From Octopus sinensis (taxonomy: Eukaryota), in contig NC_043017.1 of the NCBI RefSeq assembly GCF_006345805.1, positions 13,268,001 to 13,332,000 on the forward strand: a stretch of DNA of 64,000 nt, written 5' to 3'. The notes beneath the pieces are model-generated. The model saw nothing but the letters and a program-made list of their open reading frames with translations, searched no databases and had not been told where the DNA came from. A program made the position numbers and the translations under genes. Shown in pieces: positions 55,272 to 64,000 of the stretch. Every line of letters starts with the position of its first letter. The first letter of the stretch is position 1.

Positions 55272-55937
55272 CGTGTGTATGTGTAAATGTGTGTAGATCT
55301 GTCTATTTCTATTAAGACATTTAATTTATTCCGTAAGTAATTAGCTAATTAATACATTGTTGAACTCGTATGTATGTATGGGATGTTCTTTGGTTTCCAT
55401 CAACTCTTGTTAAGTTTAGCAACAAAAATAATTAAAAAAAAAAAGGCCTGTAGTTAAATTCTCATCAAACAACCTGTATTGACAATGAGGAAAGGCAAAG
55501 GTGTGAAAAATTCGTTTTAGATTAATATTATATACATACGCGTGTTTGTGTGTGTCGGGGAGCACAGATATGTGCATGTGCGGTGTATAATCCTGGTCGT
55601 TATGCAGAATATATACTTAAATTAAGGCATATATATACATATTCAAGTAAACGTGATCTTAGAGTAGCACATATATATATGTGTGTATCATGATTTAAAC
55701 ATCGTAGATAACGTATCTGCATATACAGGGAATGTGGACATGCATGCATATATATATTATATTACACGCATAGATGTAAATATAGATGCATTTATGTGTC
55801 TTATCAAACTATTATACACCAAAATGCGTTTTGTAATTTAACCCTAGGTCAGCCAGGTGATGAATTAAACATTAATACAGCCATAAGAGCGAAAGCGTTC
55901 CACTTGTGACCATGCCGTCTGTTTTCGTCTCTTTCAC

Positions 55938-56182
55938 TATATATATACATATATATATACATATATATATATACACATATATATATATACATACATATAT
56001 ACATATATATATATACACATATATATATATACACACATATATATATACATATATATATATACACACATATATATATACATATATATATATACACACATAT
56101 ATATATATACACACATATATATACACACATATATATATAACACACATATATATACACACATATATATATATACACATACATA

Positions 56183-56216
<34 letters not shown>

Positions 56217-56233
56217 CATACATATATATATAC

Positions 56234-56268
<35 letters not shown>

Positions 56269-56269
56269 C

Positions 56270-56304
<35 letters not shown>

Positions 56305-56604
56305 CATACATTATATACATACATACATATATACATACATATATATATACATATATATATACATACATATATATATACATATATATATACATATATATAT
56401 ATACATTATATATATACATATAATACATATATATATACATAACATATATATACATACATATATATACATATATATTATATATACATACATATATATATTA
56501 CATACATATATATACATACATATATACATACATATATATATACATATATATATATACATACATATATTATACATACATATAATATACATACATATATTAC
56601 ATAC

Positions 56605-56686
<82 letters not shown>

Positions 56687-56693
56687 CTATATA

Positions 56694-56725
<32 letters not shown>

Positions 56726-56795
56726 CATATATATACATACATACATATATATACATACATACATACATATACATACATATATATATATATATATA
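55938..56795. repeat. Compound (TA)/(TACA) microsatellite
   Basis: About 860 bp low-complexity array. Confidence 0.97.
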
Positions 56796-57418
56796 AAGAA
56801 ATATATTATCCAACGTAACATTTTCCCCCCTGGTATTTTAATGACAGAGAAGTATTTGAGAGATTTTCGTTGCTATTTCCAGCAGATTCTAAAGACCGCG
56901 TTGGTTTGAAACACGTTTGACTACTTCTAACGAAGTTTATTAATAATAATAGTTTTAGAAATTACAGCTAAAAACAGTTTGAGGATTATATTTAAAAAAA
57001 AGGGTGACAGGAGGGAGGATAGCAACCAGAGCAGATCGGGCACATGTCTGGGTGCGAACAAAAAAAACAAAACTATTTGATATATGTTGTTTAGTCCCAG
57101 ATCAGAAAGAATTGCCATCCAAACATGACCATCTCATCTGTTCTTTAAAAAAAAATAAATCCAAGTTCTTTTGTTAATTAAAGCAATATAAAGCGATTTG
57201 AATGAGTTGGTTGCTTTGTCTAGCAAGACAATCGACCACGTCGAAGGCTCCTACATCAAACAAACTAAATTATTGTTTAGCGTCATGTAAGAGAGAACTA
57301 CAGCAAAGGCAATCCAACCATAACCACCTCATCTTTTTCGTTATTTAAAAAAAATATGTATGTAGGACTATATTATGAATTGTGTCCTTTAGTTAATTAA
57401 AATGCTAAGGAATGCTTT

Positions 57419-57962
57419 GAATATGACTTGGTCACTATTTCTAGCAAACTGAATAACCACGTCGATGGCTCCTTAGCTTCAAGTGAGAACTATCAAAGGC
57501 AATCCAACAATGACCACCACGTTTTCTTTTCTCTTTTATACATATAAATATATATATATATCCAGGACTATATTATTTACTGTGTTCTTTCCTTGATTAA
57601 AGCGATTGGGGATGATTTGAGCAAAACTTGGTTGCTATTTCTAGCAAGCCGAATGAGCAAGTAGAAGGCGCTTTCCTAAAACAAGAATATGACTTGGTTA
57701 CTATTTCTAGCAAACTGAATAACCACGTCGATGGCTCCTTAGCTTCAAGTGAGAACTATCAAAGGCAATCCAACAATGACCACCACGTTTTCTTTTCTCT
57801 TTTATACATATAAATATATATATATCCAGGGCTATACTAGAGTGGCCACGGATAGTACTGTGTTCTTTCCTTGATTAAAGCGATTGGGGATGATTTGAGC
57901 AAAACTTGGTTGCTATTTCTAGCAAGCCGAATGACCAAGTAGAAGGCGCTTTCCTAAAACAA
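57419..57962. repeat. Direct tandem duplication (266 + 278 bp)
   Basis: GAATATGACTTGG...CCTAAAACAA at 57419-57684 and 57685-57962. The second copy has a short insertion. Confidence 0.92.
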
Positions 57963-58456
57963 GTGGGTGTTTGAGAGGAGACAAGTTGACACAAAAAACA
58001 AAAATAAATAAGCGGTTTAAGCAGATTACAGAAGAGGCAATTAAAAGAATATTAGTACATGTAATTAAAACAAGTTGTTACCTGTAGCAGGTTCGATCAC
58101 AGCCGCTATGAAAAAAAGGTTGATATTTTGAGCGGTATATGAAGGTATTTTCTGCTGCTATGGGGATAGCTTGGGTGTAATTTCCATGGGAAAATAAGAA
58201 AACGTGGAATATTTTTGGGGTATTTAAAGAAGGAGAGTGGGATGGATTGTTTCAGAAACGGACGGAATTGCAATGTTGTTTGTAAGTGTAAATTGTAAGC
58301 AGTTATTGTTGTGTGAAGAGAGAGATGAGAGAAAATTCCTACAACGGAGTTGGTAACATGGTGGACGACAGTAACTAAGGCCAGTAACTCTGTTGATTCA
58401 GACTGCCGTCGTCTGTCAAGACAAACACTAGTTCCTGAATGACGTCATCATTGAGG

Positions 58457-58548
58457 GAAGAGAGAGAGTTAGAGATAGATAGATAGATAGAGAGATAGTT
58501 AGAGATACATAGATAGATAGAGAGAGAGAGAGAGAGTGAGATAGTTAG

Positions 58549-58579
<31 letters not shown>

Positions 58580-58588
58580 GTGAGATAG

Positions 58589-58620
<32 letters not shown>

Positions 58621-58635
58621 AGGAGAGATAGTTAG

Positions 58636-58668
<33 letters not shown>

Positions 58669-58701
58669 TAGATAGAGAGAGAGATAGAGTGAGATAGTTA
58701 G

Positions 58702-58732
<31 letters not shown>

Positions 58733-58740
58733 GTGAGATA

Positions 58741-58780
<40 letters not shown>

Positions 58781-58787
58781 TAGTTAG

Positions 58788-58818
<31 letters not shown>

Positions 58819-58835
58819 GAGAGAGATAGTTAGAG

Positions 58836-58869
<34 letters not shown>

Positions 58870-58912
58870 ATAGTTAGAGATAGATAGATAGATAGAGAGA
58901 GACAGAGCAGTG
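58457..58912. repeat. (GATA)n/(GA)n compound microsatellite
   Basis: Repeated GATAGTTAGA(GATA)n(GA)n blocks. Confidence 0.97.
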
Positions 58913-59485
58913 TGAAAAGCCATTCTAACCGTGGCCACTCTACTTTTATAATTGTATCAGGAACTCTAATGATAAATGTGTAATAAATTACTGTTTTTTA
59001 ATCTGAACTTAATATTAATAAAGAAGATTTGCACTGCAAACTTGTTCAAGCCCCGTTCAGATCAATTTTGCTTTTCATGCTCTCAGGAATGGGGGTTGTT
59101 AAAATAAAGTACCAGGGGTTAATGCAATTAACAAAACCCCTCCCTTCAGGTCAGTCTGCAGAGAGAGGGAAAAAAGAGATAGAAAGAAAGAGAGAGAGAG
59201 AGAGAGCTATGCTGAAGGACGTTCCAACCATGACCTTCCTACCTATTTTTCTGAATCTGGGAATCCACTGTCTAATGGGGAGGGGGCTAGTCGATAAGAT
59301 TGATCTCAGTATGCAACTGGTACTTAATTTATCGACCCCGAAAGGATGAAAGGCAAAGTCGACCTCGGCGGAATTTGAACTCACAACGTAACGGTAGACG
59401 AAATACGGCTATGCATTTCGTCCGGCGGGCTAAGGTTTCTGCCAGCTGGCCAGACCTGTTCTTTTTTTTCTCCCAAGGCTCTACC

Positions 59486-60436
59486 AATACCTATTTCTTT
59501 ACTACCCACAAGGGGCTAAACATAGAGGGGACAAACAAGGACAGACACACGGATTAAGTCGATTATATCGACCCCAGTACGTAACTGGTACTTATTTAAT
59601 CGACCCCGAAAGGATGAAAGGCAAAGTCAACCTCGGCGGAATTTGAACTCAGAACGCAGCGGCAGACGAAATACCTATTTCTTTATTACCCACAAGGGGC
59701 TAAACATAGAAGGGACAAACAAGGACAGACATAGGTATTAAGTCGATTACATCGACCCCAGTTCGTAACTGGTACTTAATTTATCGACCCCGAAAGGATG
59801 AAAGGCAAAGTCGACCTCGGCGGAATTTGAACTCACAACGTAACGCAGACGAAATACCTATTTCTATTTATTTATTACCCACAAGGAGCTAAACACAGAG
59901 GGGACAAACAAGGACAGACATAGGTATTAAGTCGATTACATCGACCTCAGTGCGTAACTGGTACTTAATTTATCGACCCCGAAAGGATGAAAGGCAAAGT
60001 CGACCTTGGCGGAATTGGAACTCAGAACGCAGCGGCAGACGAAATACCTATTTCTTTATTACCCACAAGGGGCTAAACAGAAAGGGGACAAACAAGGACA
60101 GACATAGGTATTAAGTCGATTATATCGACCTCAGTGCGTAACTGGTACTTAATTTATCGACCCCGGCGGAATTTGAACTCAGAACGCAGCGGTAGACGAA
60201 ATACCTATTTCTATTTCTTTATTACCTACAAGGGGCTAAACATAGAGTGGACAAACAAGGACAGACATAGGTATTAAGTCGATTACATCGACCCCAGTGC
60301 GTAACTGGTACTTAATTTATCGACCCCGAAAGGATGAAAGGCAAAGTCGACCTCGGCGGAATTTGAACTCAAAACGTAACGCAGACGAAATGCCGCTAAG
60401 CATTTCGCCCGGCGTGCTAATGTTTCTGCTAGCACA
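59486..60436 (-). repeat. Head-to-tail array of five group C SINE units
   Basis: Units start at AATACC 59486, 59670, 59853, 60043 and 60200. Only the last unit keeps the tRNA-like head. Confidence 0.92.
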
Positions 60437-60512
60437 CCAGACCTGTTCTTTTTTCTCTCCCAAGACTTCTACCAATACCGCCAATTCTAAAGAATCAATT
60501 AAAAATTAAATC

Positions 60513-60590
60513 AACCAATGAGAACGTGCTAATTTAACAACTTCCTGTTCCACAGGAAGTTAATTCGGATTTACGTAATACACGTGTTTT
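60513..60590. promoter_or_regulatory. Promoter-like motif cluster
   Basis: CCAAT (60515), inverted ETS pair AACTTCCTG-N5-CAGGAAGTT (60539-60561), TTACGTAA (60571) and CACGTG (60581) within 75 bp, in CpG-retaining DNA. Confidence 0.5.
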
Positions 60591-60678
60591 AGGAAGAGAA
60601 GGGACTTCGAAAGAAAACAACAACCGCCTGGGGGGGTCTTTTTTATATAATATATTAATTTATATTGAAGAAAACACA

Positions 60679-60693
60679 ATGTCGTTTATATCC
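60679..60693 (+). CDS. Possible first coding mini-exon (MSFIS) of a plus-strand gene
   Basis: ACACAATGTCGTTTATATCC|GTAAGT: ATG in good context followed by a consensus donor, about 90 bp after the motif cluster. No in-frame second exon found in the window. Confidence 0.3.
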
Positions 60694-61859
60694 GTAAGTT
60701 TCTATATATCTACCTTCTTTGTTCTCTGAATATAAACGTTTAATGTTTTAAGTCCAAACAAGAGAGAAAGCTAACTTCTGATATGCCGGGTAGAAGAACC
60801 CTTCTACATATGGACCAGTTAATTATTTTATAGATGAATAGAACTAGGTTTTTGTTGTAGTTGTTCATACAGACCATTGCTATAAAGTATACATTAATTT
60901 TATTTGAAACATAGTTTTTATTCCCTTTAATTCATAACTTCCTATTTGACGTTCGTAAAATCACAGTTATCCAAAGTTCATTTCAATAAAACATTTCGTA
61001 ATTATATGTGGTGCACTCTTCGAAAAGCGAGTAAAGAGTTTCGCCCTGACACATGTGAGAATTCATCAACAATCCACGGCGGGCACACCTAGCACTACAA
61101 ATCGCAGAATGTGACGAAGATGGAGCCAGTGCCCTTTATTGAGTACCTGCTGATCTATAAGTGTTTCGTTGGGATTTACAATAAAACGAGGAACAGTAGG
61201 GTATCCACGAGACATGCTAATCAAGTTGAAATGAAAGTGAAACAAAAACGTTGAATTTTACGAACGTCAAATAGGAAATTATCCTTTAATTTTATTACCT
61301 TTCTCTCTATCTCTGGTATCTTTTCATGAAATGAAGCACCTGAACTTATCAAAAAATAAAAAAAAACTTAGGCCATGTAACTCTCCAAATAAAACTGTGT
61401 ATATAAAATGAACTGTTAAAGTTAAGAAAATTTGTGGTATTAAAATAGAGCTGGGGTAGGTGGATAGCATAATCCGAAACTCATAAAAACATTTTTTCTC
61501 CGATATAATTGTAATAATATAGAAAACGTATCTCGTAAAAATCTCTATAAAACTTATATATTTTAAAGAAAAATGTGAAGAAACAATGTTTTTTTTTCCT
61601 AGTAGGAGCACCAATCTGTAGTTATGCCTTGTATCAAATTATAATAGAAGGAAAAGCAATTAACAGCAAATACACGAGACTTCTTCAGAGCAACTGCGTT
61701 TAGTTAATAGGAATATAACCAATATATTTAACGAATTCGTCATATTAGATGCATGTTAGTATCTGGCCAGCACTCAACTTTATAATGCTTTTGTTATTTA
61801 ACATTTTGCCTTAAAATTCATGCTTGTTTTCAGACTTTTAGTTAACCCTTCATTCATAA

Positions 61860-61994
61860 TATTAGGTTGTCCCAAAAGTTCGTAAACACTTGCGAAAATT
61901 GAATTTTTACTCGCCAAAAACAACAAAAATTATTCCTCAAAATAAAGACCATTATTTTCCAAGACTTTCTTCGAACTTTTGGGACAACCTTATA
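61860..61994. mobile_element. mariner-type MITE (135 bp)
   Basis: TA TSD and TTAGGTTGTCCCAAAAGTTCG TIRs. Confidence 0.85.
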
Positions 61995-63204
61995 TAAAGC
62001 TTTCGTTTCATGAGTCCCAAGTTACTCTGGTGGTTGAAAAAAGAAAATTGGGAATATGTACCTTATATGATGCATGGATACCAAGGAAATACGTTCTATG
62101 TATCACATATACACAAGACAAGCTATGTTTAGAGATTTCCCAGACGTGTGTTACCTAGAGATCTGATACCATAACTGGGTCCTACATTATAGTTGTAAAA
62201 GTTTAGGGGTTAAGTGCATAAACATTTAGGAGTAAACATATTTTAATGTCAGGACTGAACTTAGCTGTTGGTTGAATATACCACATTTGAACATAAATTT
62301 AAATATTAAATTGGATGGGGAAAAATTGGGTATGTCCTGTGCTGTACATGTGATATGCAGTCAGACAAAGGGTTAATAGTTTTATTTTGTTGGGAAGCAC
62401 TTTCTCTTTTAGGCCCGGAAAACACTTTTGACAAAATAAATTGCTTTCACTCGGGCCCTGGAAACGAAAAGCTTCTATAACTGCCAGAAAAATGTCAAAA
62501 TGGTCATGGCTGGAACGCTTTTGATCATAGGATTATAGATCTACTGGATCAAGCTAATAATCAACGACCTGGTTTAACGTGTACTGTGTCAGTCAGCTGT
62601 ACACATGTCCTGCAATGTTTCGCTATGTAATTATACGAAATACGTTAAATCGTTTTACACGTGAGCTGTTGAGGATTATTCAGCCGAAATTTTAGCGCTT
62701 TCATTGCAGTGTTTGTAAATTTGAGTTTTATAATAATACTAATAACATATCAACTTATTATTATTATTATTATTATATATCAAACGATTATTAAAAGAAA
62801 TATTAAAAAAAAAAATTCCTCTAGACAAATGAAACTTAAAACAATTATGTAATAATGTAAATATTTATAAGGATTAATGCTGTAATCGCCTCTCTTGACT
62901 ACACTGGATAATTTTTCTTAAAACAAAATTATCTCCCTTCAGGTAAATGCGTAATTTCATAATTGTACTTCACCAATATCAAGTAGTGATCACCTTACCT
63001 GCTTACACACACACATACAAACACACAACACACGTGTGTATGTGTCTGCGTATAGTTTTTTTGTGTGTGTGAGATTGGTTAAGAAATTCGCTTCTCGATC
63101 GCATAGGTTCGGCTTCAGTCCCACTGCATGGCATCTTGGGCAAGTGTGTCTTCTACTATGGCCCCAGGGTGACCAGAGTCTTATGAATAAATTTAGTCGT
63201 TGGA

Positions 63205-63207
63205 AAC

Positions 63208-63240
<33 letters not shown>

Positions 63241-63452
63241 GGAGTGTGTATGTATGTGTGCGTGTGTGTGTATATATATATATATGTGTGTGTGTGTATA
63301 TATATGTGTGTGTGTGTGTATATATATGTGTGTGTGTATATATGTGTGTGTGTATATATATATATATGTGTGTGTGTATATATATATGTGTGTGTGTATA
63401 TATATATGTGTGTGTGTGTATATATATATGTGTGTATGTATATATATATAGT
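63205..63452. repeat. (TA)n(TG)n microsatellite
   Basis: Directly visible. Confidence 0.95.
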
Positions 63453-64000
63453 GTATTTATGTATAATCAGATGATGTCAGTGACAGTCATAATCGTTTAA
63501 TGAATTAACAACCATTCATCATATGCGTATGTTTGCATCTTCTTGTTTCAAAAGGCTGAGATTTACGAAGGAGATGACAGAGGACTGATATATGTGGTGC
63601 ACTGCTGTACTCGAGAAGATCCGCCCACTACAACAGAATTAAGATTCTAAAACCAAGGTGCCACATCATCATCATCATCATCGTTTAACGTCCGCTTTCC
63701 ATGCTAGCATGGGTTGGACGGTTCAACTGGGGTCTGGGGAGCCCGAAGGCTGCACCAGGCCAGTCAGATCTGGCAGTGTTTCTACAGCTGGATGCCCTTC
63801 CTAACGCCAACCACTCTGAGAGTGTAGTGGGTGATTTTATGTGCCACCGACACAGGTGCCAGACGAGGCTGGCAAACAGCCACGCTCGGATTGTGTTTTT
63901 TTATGTGCCACCGACACAGGTGCCAGACGAGGCTGGCAGGCGACCACGCTCGGATGGTGTTTTTTATGTGCTACTGACACAGGTGCCAGACGAGGCTGGC

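Overview
AT-rich eukaryotic genomic DNA. The SINE, MITE and microsatellite content points to an octopus (coleoid cephalopod) genome; this is inference. The main feature is a complete 10-coding-exon katanin p60 (KATNA1-like) gene on the minus strand, from ATG 32671 to stop 15031. All introns are GT-AG, the phases are consistent, and the CDS is 1419 nt (472 aa). A second, unidentified minus-strand gene is probable at the left edge (exons at about 8.3 kb, 1.8 kb, 0.9 kb and 0.1 kb). A promoter-like motif cluster with a possible plus-strand first exon lies at about 60.5-60.7 kb. The rest is repeats: three tRNA-derived SINE groups, an RTE-tailed (GAT)n element, piggyBac-, hAT- and mariner-type MITEs, non-autonomous Helitrons, CR1/RTE fragments and long microsatellites. 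Items worth a second look are a 5S rRNA copy fused to an RTE-type tail (possible SINE3), a near-intact type I hammerhead ribozyme, five-fold tandem amplification of a hAT left end, a self-tandem SINE array, and atypical pore-loop residues in the katanin. No prokaryotic-type system (CRISPR, operon) is present.
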